From NCBI GenBank assembly GCA_965644495.1, contig CBFFSA010000059.1:1-49198 (forward strand): a DNA stretch of 49,198 nt. Reading direction: 5' to 3'. The position numbers and the translations under genes are program-made. A model generated the notes under the pieces. That model saw only the letters and a list, made by a program, of their open reading frames with translations. It did no database searches and had not been told where the DNA came from. This stretch comes from Perkinsela sp. CCAP 1560/9 (Eukaryota > Protista > Euglenozoa: Kinetoplastea). This document shows positions 10,662-22,045 of the stretch, piece after piece; position 1 is the stretch's first letter; the number at the start of each line of letters is the position of its first letter.

Positions 10662-11113
10662 TATATGCATGTACATCCTTCAAAAGGTCCTGGGAAGGAC
10701 TACGTCTCCCCCCATGTGGATAAAGGATACCGGCTTTACAGTTTCGTGGAAACCGGCACAACGGGAAGGCGGTGCCCAGATGCCTCCTGGGCTGCACTCC
10801 CAACCAAGACCCAAACACGTGTCGTTAGTCACGCCCTTTCAGTAATGCAACAAACTTCCGTTTAACGGCCTAGCCGTCAAACACTGATACAAATATCAGA
10901 GTAGATATTCTTGCACGCCCTGACAAAATGCGCCCCCTCATTAATAAATATAATTATAATCTATAAACCTTTTTAGTTTATAATATGCAGTATGCAAAAA
11001 AAACTGTTGACATGTTTGTCACTTTTTTATTGTTGGTGTTTCCCTGTGGCCAGGGAATGTCGTGTGCATTGAAGTAGTATATCAGAGTAGTGTACGCGTG
11101 GGTACTAGGTATA

Positions 11114-11883
11114 CAGGGGGGGCCACGAAAACTGACAAGGTCCGCATTTTAGCGTCCTGAGGCAGTTTGAGCTGATTTTTGTTGCAAACGAGAGATCTCG
11201 TTCTGAATATCGTGTCTACGCTATTAAATACAAAAACGTTCGCCGGAAAACATTTCCAATGAGTTACAAAAGTGAAATTTTAAAGATTTTGCAATTTGAA
11301 AAACGGGTCTAAAATTCGTAATTTTTACGTACCACGGCCCAAAAAGTTCCCAGAAAGTAGGTCTTAATAGCCAGTATTCCCACCTCCACGCTCACGTAGT
11401 ATAGCGTGGCTCGGAACTTCTCCGTATCAACGCCGTTATCGCGCGAGTAGGGTGCACGTGCCACGTCACCTGACTCATCGAAACGCGCTTTGTACCGAGA
11501 GACAGAGCTCTCTGAACAGTTCATCATACGTGCCGTATCCGGAATAGATGTCCCACGGTGTCTTTCGTGTGCGCAGACAATGCGCACAAGATATGAACAC
11601 TGTTCTGGTGATAGCTGGCGACGGTTTAGTCTATTCCGTTTGCCCATAGTAAGGTAAAAAGAAGAAAAAATAGCCTTTTTTACGTTTTTCGATACTTTTT
11701 GCAAAATATTTTGCCCAAAATTTTCAATATTTTGTAAACATATTTTTTTTGATTAGCAGAAACGGGCTCCAAATAGCGTAGACACGATATTCAGAACGAG
11801 ATCTCTCGTTTGCAACAAAAATCAGCTCAAACGTCCTCAGGACGCTAAAATGCGGACCTTGTCAGTTTTCGTGGCCCCCCCTG
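11114..11883 (-). mobile_element. Non-autonomous Tc1-like element (770 bp, ~110-bp TIRs, TA TSD) retaining a transposase HTH fragment
   Basis: TA|CAGGGGGGGCCACGAAAACTGAC ... GTCAGTTTTCGTGGCCCCCCCTG|TA; ORF 11309..11704 contains LSPEQ...SIPDTARMMNCSESSVSRYKARFDESGDV. Confidence 0.9.
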
Positions 11884-12313
11884 TATGTTGCCATAGAGCT
11901 TCCGACTCAATCGGCTTTGTAACAAAAGTGTGATCGTATGCAAGTAAAGAAAAACATGTGAACAGTTTTTTTGCAATTTCGAGGTAAGATTTTTTAGGCG
12001 AAAAACACAATTTACTGATGCATAAAAACGAAGCATGTACCTTCAAATGAATACTAGCGGAACTCTTTCTTGTGCCTTGATTGATGTCTATATGCGCCTA
12101 CGCATGCTGTCGACCAAGGAATGGCTTAACCTTGTGGTATGCTTGCTTCATTCCTATTTGACCTGACTTTAGAGCTCCAGAACACCTGTGAATCGAGTTG
12201 CGCGACTCGTTAATTGTTCTTTTTGGATGTTCTGTGTATGTATTCTGGGGCTCCGAGGTGCGCCTAATGGGCTGTACATTCTAAAATCGTGTAAATCTCA
12301 TTAACAGAGAAAA

Positions 12314-13401
12314 TATTAATGAGAGGGGGGTAGTAACTGTAAAACATTCACCGAAAAAAACATTCTCCCAACAATAATTTACTCCTATGAAAAGGGTGAT
12401 GAAGAAAAGGTTGCAGGGGGAATATGCAAGAGCAAAGCGACCAATACATGAGCATGGCCGCCGTTCAACCGTTTGTATTACCAATTCTCTGAATATGAGA
12501 ATATGTAATTAATATTTAGAAAAGACATACAATACTCAAATTAACACTATATTATTCAATAATAACACAATATTATTTAAATCGGGCCGTCTAATTCTAT
12601 AATATTTAGTTCCCAATTTGAGTGATATCCCACCGCAAAATTTAACTATTTCTTTGTCAAGTATTTTTTGTATGCTGAGTTTTGTCGTGCCTATTTCCCA
12701 TTATAGAGATCACTTTACCTACATATTCCACAAACACGCGGGCTCGGTCTGTAGCGTGTCATCTCACCATTGCTTACCGTAATCTTTGTTCGCGCTACAG
12801 TATAATACAGATTTTTTAACTCGTCTCTGATATTTAGGAAGCCTTCAAGTTCTGCATTAAAAGCTAAAATTATGTCGCGCATGTTTTCGTGCACGAAATC
12901 GAATTCAACATGACCAGAAAATTTATTGTCAGACATATTAAGATAGACTAGAAAGGGTGGCAGGTGACGAAAATCTGGAGTACCCGTGAATTGGTTGTAG
13001 GATATGTCAATGAATTCCAGTTTCGGAGGCAACTGATCGAAGAGAAACTCACCCGACAAGAAGTTGTTCTGCAGGCTTAAGTTTCCCAACTCGGACGGCA
13101 AATATTTTACATTCAGCCGACCTTGCAGTTTCTTGCTAATGTCTTCGCCCATTCTGCCACACCAGTCTATTGAAATCACGTCGCCCTTGTCGTTACATCT
13201 GACTCGGTCCCATCTACATCCCGGGGTATCGGTGGACCACGAGCGTGGAGGGTTTTCTACGAGTCTTATCAAATCGTACTCCACGGGTAACGACACGGCA
13301 CTGACTTTGGATGGACGAGATGTTCCAGTCACATTAGAACTGCTCGTTGAAAGTGTCGTCTCGGATGAGTTCGTTTCTATCCAGGCTTTCTTTCTTAACG
13401 G
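12314..13401 (+). repeat. ~1.09-kb segmental duplication, copy A (copy B at 39398-40487)
   Basis: Near-identical 3' flank plus LRR gene; same orientation. Confidence 0.92.
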
Positions 13402-13437
13402 CTCCGTTACATCGGCGGAGAGCATAGAGACAATCAT
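12715..13437 (-). CDS. Intronless eukaryote-type LRR protein, 240 aa (paralog A)
   Basis: LRRNT_2-like cap (SW....CRWDRVRCN..G.V) followed by LP..L..L.L..N.F.G repeats; no SD. Confidence 0.85.
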   Translation of the reverse strand: MIVSMLSADVTEPLRKKAWIETNSSETTLSTSSSNVTGTSRPSKVSAVSLPVEYDLIRLVENPPRSWSTDTPGCRWDRVRCNDKGDVISIDWCGRMGEDISKKLQGRLNVKYLPSELGNLSLQNNFLSGEFLFDQLPPKLEFIDISYNQFTGTPDFRHLPPFLVYLNMSDNKFSGHVEFDFVHENMRDIILAFNAELEGFLNIRDELKNLYYTVARTKITVSNGEMTRYRPSPRVCGICR

Positions 13438-13525
13438 AATTACAAATACAAATCAAGAAAAAAGAAAATTTCAGAGAAAAAGACGTCAAAATGCACTGGA
13501 AAAGAAGAATTCTGCCTGCGGCGCA

Positions 13526-13677
13526 TTATTGTTTTTTTAACACAGATTTCTGTCGGGACAAATATTTTCGAGTTAACACAGATTAATATCATACAGATTA
13601 GTGTTCTCCAGATTAGTATTACACAGACAAATGTCCCCCCTGTATACCATTTATATAGCTTTATAGAATATAAAGCT
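13526..13677. repeat. MITE-end-like dispersed repeat with CAGATT subrepeats; also at 15038-15188 and in every array unit
   Basis: Shared sequence containing CCCCCCTG-TA, like a Tc1-type terminus. Confidence 0.6.
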
Positions 13678-14063
13678 ACCAGAGAGGGGGGGGCACGCAT
13701 CTGTGGTGATCGGCAGAATATGGCAGAAATGGGCAATAATCTGCTGTTAATGAGCACTGGCGGAGAAAAAAAGTCCCATGTAGAAAAAAAAATCCGCGCC
13801 GCTTCGCGGCGCAAAACTTCTGTTCCTTGTGCATGACATCCAGCATGTAATTTGTGCTAAAAAAATGTTCTTTGATAAATTTGAATATAATATATGTTGA
13901 ATGTGTGTTCAAAAGTCCTACTATGTGCCTTATTTTGATTGCAGTTCGAGAGTTACACTACATCACATAACATATACATTCTTAACTTGCTTTCATGACT
14001 CCTACTTGTCCTTCTTTCTTTAAGTAATTGAGGGGCTGCGGGTGACGTTAACCGCGTTCTCGC

Positions 14064-14102
14064 ACGGTCTCGGCGCGGTCTCGCGCGGTCTCGCGCGGTC
14101 TC
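14064..14102 (+). repeat. Short tandem repeat of ~10-mer GCGGTCTCGC
   Basis: About 4 units; the same motif recurs at ~14795-14822, where array copy 1 has one more unit than copies 2-5. Confidence 0.8.
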
Positions 14103-15829
14103 ATATTTGTAAAAGGGTATAATATTTTAGAGATTGTCAAATAGTTTTCGTTTATAGTATACGTCTAAGCAATTTCAATCGCAATTTCGTCTACGCGATT
14201 TCAATTGGTAAAAATAGAGCGATGTTGAACGCAGACCAAAACTGATATTAAAAGATCAATAAAACTAAACCAATTTACTTCTTTCGCTTCCGCGGTTTCC
14301 TAGGTTCGTAGGGCACATAATTTATGTGTTCCTTGAGCAAGTCGCGACTTACACCAGTTTCCAGCATCTGTGACGTAATGTCTATGCCACAAACGGAACG
14401 GCCCCCGTGAAGGAAAGTATCCATGGTGCGATGAATGCGTTCCAGGATTTCTTAAATACGTTAACACATTTCGTGAAAACCCTCTTGGTTGAAGCTAAAA
14501 CAACCTCATAAATCGCCTTTTCACTTTCAACTTCCGAGGGGTTCGCAATTCGAGCTTTTAGGTCAGCATTACTCTCAATTCCAGTCATTGACAAGACAAA
14601 AAAATACGGAAAGCGAAATAACAAACTAAAGATGTTCAAAAATAGTCTTACTTCTATCTACATCAAGGACTACAATATGAGTACTCCATACACATCGTAT
14701 ATACGAAGTGAAAATTCTTTTTTATTCAAATTGTGCTCTACTCTCCATCCAAAAACTAGCATTTTCTTGTCTCTCCAAGCCAAAAGCAAACCGCAGTCTC
14801 GCGCGGTCTCAGCGCGGTCTCGTGTGCCACGACCGGCAGCCCCTCCATTAAATACTTTCTCCTGCTTTTACAGTCGACGGCGGCGCTTGAGGTCCTGCCG
14901 GTCTTCCGCGATTCTTGGTGGTGCGGGGGGAAGGCGCAGTGGTCGCCGTTTGAAAGACAACTGGTGCCTGGATCGGGACCTTCGTACTCACTGGAATAGG
15001 AGGCCGAAAATTTCAGAGAAAAAGACGTAAAAATGCCGATTGTTTTTTTAACACGGATTTCTGTCGGGCCAAATATTTTCAAGTTAACACAGATTAATAT
15101 CATACAGATTAATGTTCTCCAGATTAGTATTACACAGACAAATGCCCCCCCCCGTATACCATTTATATAGCTTTATAGAATATAAAGCTCCCAGATAAGG
15201 TAGCGCGGGATGAGCATTACGTGAATTTACACGAACATGCCCAGATAAGGGACTTCGAACGTCAACGCGGTGGTGTTGAAATCGAGTTGCAAAAACTTTG
15301 GTAAAAGAATGGGAAGAGGGGACTCTCGACATAGCCGTGGAGCTTTGTCCCAAATTGAAGACGCCATCAGCGAAGAAGGGAAGCTACAAGAAGACTACAG
15401 GCGCATAAAGAATTTGTATTCAGAAACGAGGGTCCAATCATGGACCGAGATGTTTGACCCGGACTGTATAGGTGGATGAATCGAGCGCAGGGAAGTTGTA
15501 GAGTATGCCGCGGGGATGATTTTCCATCCTCCACACCTGGGGGTGACCCCCCCCGGCCCGACAAGTTCGAAATTTTTGGGATGACGCAAAAAAAATATTG
15601 TTGACCAAAAAAAGTAGATTTTTTTTCATGAAGCTTGTGTCATACTAATAAACAAGAAAGTGTTAATAAACAAGAAACGATTCTACGACGACATCTTAAA
15701 GACTGAAGATTGATTTTCGATAGTGTACACCTCCAGAAATGAAGTGCCCTATCTTCGCCCATATCAAAGCCTATGTTGAAGAGTTTTGTCTCTTCCCATA
15801 CACGTATAGAATATACATGTATAGAAGAG

Positions 15830-15900
15830 TTTTGTCTGCGGACTCTAGGGATCTAAATCCGATTGAAAATCGGTGGTCCAACATGAAACTATATCGAAAT
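15830..15900 (+). pseudogene. Degenerate Tc1 transposase catalytic fragment (repeated in each unit)
   Basis: SADSRDLNPIEN(R/L)WSNMK resembles SPDLNPIENLW. Confidence 0.6.
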
Positions 15901-15950
15901 ACGAAATGTTCAATGACTATACCCTAAATTAAACAAGACCGCTTGTAGTG

Positions 15951-16030
15951 AAAATGAAACGAGCGGGAGTCGAACCTGCGATTAACCAATGACGAGCGGC
16001 ATGTATTACCAAATCGAATCCCGAGACGTA
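15951..16030 (-). other. tRNA-derived / Pol III B-box element (also ~21170, ~26392, ~31611, ~36830)
   Basis: Minus strand GCAGGTTCGACTCCCGC is a T-arm containing the B-box GGTTCGACTCC, followed by TTTT. D-arm and acceptor stem are degenerate. Confidence 0.4.
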
Positions 16031-16826
16031 CATGCTATTAAACACAGTGATTGGTGCCAAAATCGAGATTACGGACGCTGGACCCCTACTCGATCCACCC
16101 TACCCCGGACACCATAGAGAAGGAAAAGGCAGAGGTTGTAAACAACCCCAGCAATGTTGAAAACGAGCTAAATATTTTGTAAAGGGGGGTACACCCACTA
16201 TTGGCAAAAAAGTTTGCCAATAGTGAGTGATTTTTACCCCCTTTGTCCAAGGGTGGGTGATTTTTAATTCCTCTTTTACCGCAACGATTTCGACAAATTG
16301 TTATAAATATGCATTCAAAACTAATAGTAGTCGCTATATACAGAGTAGCCGCTAGTAACCACTGCTATATAACCGCCAAAGGAAAGAAAGCTTCTGACAA
16401 AAAAAAAAGCGCCGCTTCGCGCCGCGGGGCCGGTTCCGACAATAAAGTACGCCTCCAAAGGACGAAACCCCTGCGATCGGCAAAATATGGCAGAATAGTG
16501 CCGCTTGGGCGGTGGCCCCCCCTCTAAGTAGGGGGGGTACAGTATCCGTCAGAATACAACAATCTTTCCGTGAACTGGTGTAATTTACTGCTCGGAAAGG
16601 AGCGAACAATTACGCACAAGGCGTTTGTCGCTTTCCTCGCAATACATGCCACGAGCTGCACATTAGATAGCACTAGAGTCGGTTCTACAGCAACAGTACA
16701 GGACCGTGAGTTCCGCATTTTTGGCACCGACCTCCGAAAGAAAAAAAGAAAGGCTCAGTTCCTGCGTGAAAAGTGGTACCGGCAGCCTTGAAAGTGCCAT
16801 ATCAGCCTTGAGCCGAGCATCGAAGC

Positions 16827-18646
16827 TCAAAACCGAGTCATCAACATGTATTCTTGAGGTAATTTAGACCAAGCTTTACATACACTTTTTATGATATCTT
16901 CCTTATTTGAAGGAGTGTACTCATCGACAAGCTCTTGCACCATACTCCACACGTTTTCTATGGGGGAAAGATCAGGGGAGTTCGGTGGCCAATTTGGCAA
17001 TAGTGTCATTTCGGTTTTTTTCAAGATAAGCCTTAGTTTCTTTGGCTTAGTTCCGTAGAGTCCTGGGTTATTGCTTAACGACAAAACGTATAGCATATCG
17101 GGTAGCGTATCGAGTTGGATATTTCCTTCCAAACAATTATGGTTGAGTAAAAGCTTTCTCAAATCTTCAGGAAGAGAAGCAAAACCAGACACACCGGTAA
17201 AGCAATTGTGCTTTCAAGCTTCAGAGTTTTGAGACCCTCCGGCATATTCTGCAAATTCAGCGCGCCTGAAAAATTATTATGGCTAGCAATTAAAGCAAAG
17301 CAGGACTCGGGCATATCGCTGAGGTGAAGATTGCCCGTAAATTGATTGCGTTTGATTCGTATAATCTCGAGCGATAGTGGAAGTGCGTCTAATTTAAAAG
17401 GACCCACAAACGTGTTATTACTGATGTCCAGTCCATTCAGCAACGGTAACGCACTAAGATTTAATGACCCAGACAGCTTATTGTTCTCCAGGTTAAGATG
17501 TTTAAGCGTATCAGGCAAGAAACGAAGATCGATCTCCCCCGTGAACCCGTTGCACGAAAGATAAAGATCCTTAAGCTCACCAGGCAAGTGTCGTAAGTCT
17601 AACGTCCCGGTCAACTCATTTTCAAAAAGAACCAATGCCGACAGCTGCGGAGGTAACTTATCTAGACTCACGTTTCCCACAAATCTGTTCCTTGCTGCAG
17701 AAAAAGTGAGGAGGCTCTCAGGAAGAGAATCAAGCTGGAGAGGTCCATCAAATCGATTCCCTGAAATATTTACTTCTTCAAGCGATGACGGCAACTCACC
17801 GAGGCTAATCGTCCCTGTGATTTCGTTGTGACCAACAAAAAAGCATATCAGTCTGTTCGGCAAATTACGGAGGTGCAATTTACCTGAAAATTCATAGCCT
17901 GCCACATCAAACATTTCCAAGTGAGCAGGAAGAGCAGAAAGATCCAAATCCTCGTCAGATTGATCATCGCTCGACGACGAAAATTTTGTGCATCCAGAAA
18001 ATCTGTTTGTGTTTAAAATCAATTCTATCAATCCTTTCAGGAGATTGCATAGATCAATTTTGCCTGAAAAGTTATTTCCACTCAAGTCCAGCGTGTTCAA
18101 GTCCGTTGGAAGTCCACCTAAATCCACTTCGCCCTCTAGTTTGTTGTACCCTAATCTAATGACCTGCAACTTTGATGGAAAATCAGAAAAGTTTATCATA
18201 CCGGTAAAAGCGTTGCAACGAAGCTCAAGGTCCGTTAGACTCGGGGGTAAAGTACTGAAACAATCGGATCCAGAAAATTTGTTGCCTGATGCGGATACTC
18301 GCAAAACGGTCTTGGGAAGATGTTCTAAGTGTATTGTGCCAAAAATCGCCCCGTGCAGGTCAAGTTCTGAGTCGGTGTGCCACTGAAGTTCCGTGACCTC
18401 TCCTTGTTCATTGCATCACACTCTTGCCCAATTGCATGCAGCTGTAGATGTCGTCCAGGATGGATCAGGATGCAGTACGTCCGCTACAAGTCGTTCCAGC
18501 TCATATTCTTGCGGTAGAACAGACCCGTGTACTTTCCCGGGACGACTAGATGGATTGCAAACCCTGCAACTCGGGATGTCTCTGTGCTGTTTCCTATTTT
18601 TTATAGGAGGTGACTGATCATCACGAGTTCGTGTTAGGAGAATCAT
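16827..18646 (-). pseudogene. Long LRR gene, copy 1: in-frame TGA at 18416-18418, frameshift near 17200, C-terminus fused to a Tc1 transposase tail
   Basis: MILLTRT...CNWARV*CNEQGEV...LPKTVLRVSASGN reads in one frame. LRRs resume in the second frame (HNCFTGVSGFASLPEDL) and run into WPPNSPDLSPIENVW. Confidence 0.85.
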
Positions 18647-21600
18647 GTGCAAATAAGAATCTGATTTACTATACAAATTCTTAAGAAATAGAAACAAGAA
18701 AATAGTAAACAATCGACTAAATGATTCAGATCCCTCCACGACTACGGCAACTAAAAAGCGCCACTCATACACGAAGACATGCCTAACATGACATGAAATC
18801 TACGTGCCTCGACACAAGAGTCACGTGACTTGCACATGTCTCCGGAAGGTAGTCTGCCCAGGGAGCTCTCCCTATAGACCTCACTCAGTTTGGCTCGTCG
18901 ACATCCCTCCACGCTTGGGAAGTGGACACTACAAATCGTCTCCTTTTTCCTCTTTGAGCCCTTGTCCGAACCATAGCAGAAGCTCCACACGGAGCCGAGA
19001 TCGATCCACTCTATCCGGCGGACGATCTGTTGCGTCCTCGAAACCTTCCAACGCAGCTGTGGTCACACAGCAGGCCACGCACAGGTCGATCCAAGGACGA
19101 ATCCCGAAGAATGGCGAATGCTTGAGCCCCTTAACAACCCTCGAAGACGGTATGGCTCAAGTCAAAGCGAAGTACATTGTTCCAGCCGCCCAGAAGGACG
19201 GTGCCACAGACTCTCATCCAACACAGAAACAGGAGTACAAAACTGGACCTGGAACACCAAGCACGCATGCAACGCTGTCGACTGCAGGAATCACTCCTGG
19301 AGGGTAAAGCCCAGGATCTTGAACGTTTTCGAGCTGCCGAAACTGTTATTCAACGGGGAGGATAGGTCTCAATCTTGTAAAGCTTATGTGCTATTTATAA
19401 AATTTGTAAAACTTGGCCAATTTTGGAAAAGAATAGCGCATTCGAGAGCTCTCACACAGCCCTCCTGTGGAGGACATGTCGTTGTGCATAAAATCAACAG
19501 CTTTGTAAAATAGTAGGAGGGTCAAAAACGTCGATTGTAAGTTTTTTAAGAGATTATGACGTTTTTTCCCCGAAACGTAAATCCAAACCTAGCACTCAGT
19601 GACCCCCGTTCCTCTCTATACTAACAATATCTCTCTCTAGCAATATTTATGTATCCATGGTGCGATGAATGCGTTCCAGGATTTCTTAAATACGTTAACA
19701 CGTTTCGTGAAAACTCTTGGTTGAAGCTAAAACAGCCTCATAAAACGCCTTTTCACTTTCAACTTCCGAGGGGTTCGCAATTCGAGCTTTTAGGTCAGCA
19801 TTACTCTCAATTCCAGTCATTGACAAGACAAAAAGATACGGAAAGCGAAATAACAAACTAAAGATGTTCAAAAATAGTCTTACTTCTATCTACATCAAGG
19901 CCTACAATATGAGTACTCCATACACATCGTATATACGAAGTGAAAATTCTTTTTTATTCAAATTGTGCTCTACTCTCCATCCAAAAACTAGCATTTTCTT
20001 GTCTCTCCAAGCCAAAAGCAAACCGCAGTCTCGCGCGGTCTCGTGTGCCACGACCGGCAGCCCCTCCATTAAATACTTTCTCCTGCTTTTACAGTCGACG
20101 GCGGCGCTTGAGGTCCTGCCGGTCTTCCGCGATTCTTGGTGGTGCGGGGGGAAGGCGCAGTGGTCGCCGTTTGAAAGACAACTGGTGCCTGGATCGGGAC
20201 CTTCGTACTCACTGGAATAGGAGGCCGAAAATTTCAGAGAAAAAGACGTAAAAATGCCGATTGTTTTTTTAACACAGATTTCTGTCGGGCCAAATATTTT
20301 CAAGTTAACACAGATTAATATCATACAGATTAATGTTCTCCAGATTAGTATTACACAGACAAATGCCCCCCCCGTATACCATTTATATAGCTTTATAGAA
20401 TATAAAGCTCCCAGATAAGGTAGCGCGGGATGAGCATTACGTGAATTTACACGAACATGCCCAGATAAGGGACTTCGAACGTCAACGCGGTGGTGTTGAA
20501 ATCGAGTTGCAAAAACTTTGGTAAAAGAATGGGAAGAGGGGACTCTCGACATAGCCGTGGAGCTTTGTCCCAAATTGAAGACGCCATCAGCGAAGAACGG
20601 AAGCTACAAGACGACTACAGGCGCATAAAGAATTTGTATTCAGAAGCGAGGGTCCAATCATGGACCGAGATGTTTGACCCGGACTGTATAGGTGGATGAA
20701 TCGAGCGCAGGGAAGTTGTAGAGTATGCCGCGGGGATGATTTTCCATCCTCCACACCTGGGGGTGACCCCCCCCGGCCCGACAAGTTCGAAATTTTTGGG
20801 ATGACGCAAAAAAAATATTGTTGACCAAAAAAAGTAGAATTTTTTCATGAAGCTTGTGTCATACTAATAAACAAGAAAGTGTTAATAAACAAGAAACGAT
20901 TCTACGACGACATCTTAAAGACTGAAGATTGATTTTCGATAGTGTACACCTCCAGAAATGAAGTGCCCTATCTTCGCCCATATCAAAGCCTATGTTGAAG
21001 AGTTTTGTCTCTTCCCATACACGTATAGAATATACATGTATAGAAGAGTTTTGTCTGCGGACTCTAGGGATCTAAATCCGATTGAAAATCTGTGGTCCAA
21101 CATGAAACTATATCGAAATACGAAATGTTCAATGACTATACCCTAAATTAAACAAGACCGCTTGTAGTGAAAATGAAACGAGCGGGAGTCGAACCTGCGA
21201 TTAACCAATGACGAGCGGCATGTATTACCAAATCGAATCCCGAGACGTACATGCTATTAAACACAGTGATTGGTGCCAAAATCGAGGTTACGGACGCTGG
21301 ACCCCTACTCGATCCACCCTACCCCGGACACCATAGAGAAGGAAAAGGCAGAGGTTGTAAACAACCCCAGCAATGTTGAAAACGAGCTAAATATTTTGTA
21401 AAGGGGGGTACACCCACTATTGGCAAAAAAGTTTGCCAATAGTGAGTGATTTTTACCCCCTTTGTCCAAGGGTGGGTGATTTTTAATTCCTCTTTTACCG
21501 CAACGATTTCGACAAATTGTTATAAATATGCATTCAAAACTAATAGTAGTCGCTATATACAGAGTAGCCGCTAGTAACCACTGCTATATAACCGCCAAAG

Positions 21601-22045
21601 GAAAGAAAGCTTCTGACAAAAAAAAAAGCGCCGCTTCGCGCCGCGGGGCCGGTTCCGACAATAAAGTACGCCTCCAAAGGACGAAACCCCTGCGATCGGC
21701 AAAATATGGCAGAATAGTGCCGCTTGGGCGGTGGCCCCCCCTCTAAGTAGGGGGGGTACAGTATCCGTCAGAATACAACAATCTTTCCGTGAACTGGTGT
21801 AATTTACTGCTCGGAAAGGAGCGAACAATTACGCACAAGGCGTTTGTCGCTTTCCTCGCAATACATGCCACGAGCTGCACATTAGATAGCACTAGAGTCG
21901 GTTCTACAGCAACAGTACAGGACCGTGAGTTCCGCATTTTTGGCACCGACCTCCGAAAGAAAAAAAGAAAGGCTCAGTTCCTGCGTGAAAAGTGGTACCG
22001 GCAGCCTTGAAAGTGCCATATCAGCCTTGAGCCGAGCATCGAAGC

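Noticed and set aside
18416-18418. TGA recoding (alternative genetic code or selenocysteine) in the LRR gene
   Set aside because: The aligned residue in paralog A is Arg, nearby Trp codons are TGG, and the same gene also has a frameshift. A nonsense mutation is simpler.
19600-19660. Helitron 3' end (CTAG) at the unit boundary
   Set aside because: No convincing subterminal GC hairpin, no A|T insertion context and no Rep/helicase remnant.
19902-20573. 223-aa minus-strand ORF and other short ORFs repeated in each unit
   Set aside because: They cross repeat or MITE fragments, some are broken in copy 1, and they have no recognisable motifs. Recurrence only reflects the tandem duplication.
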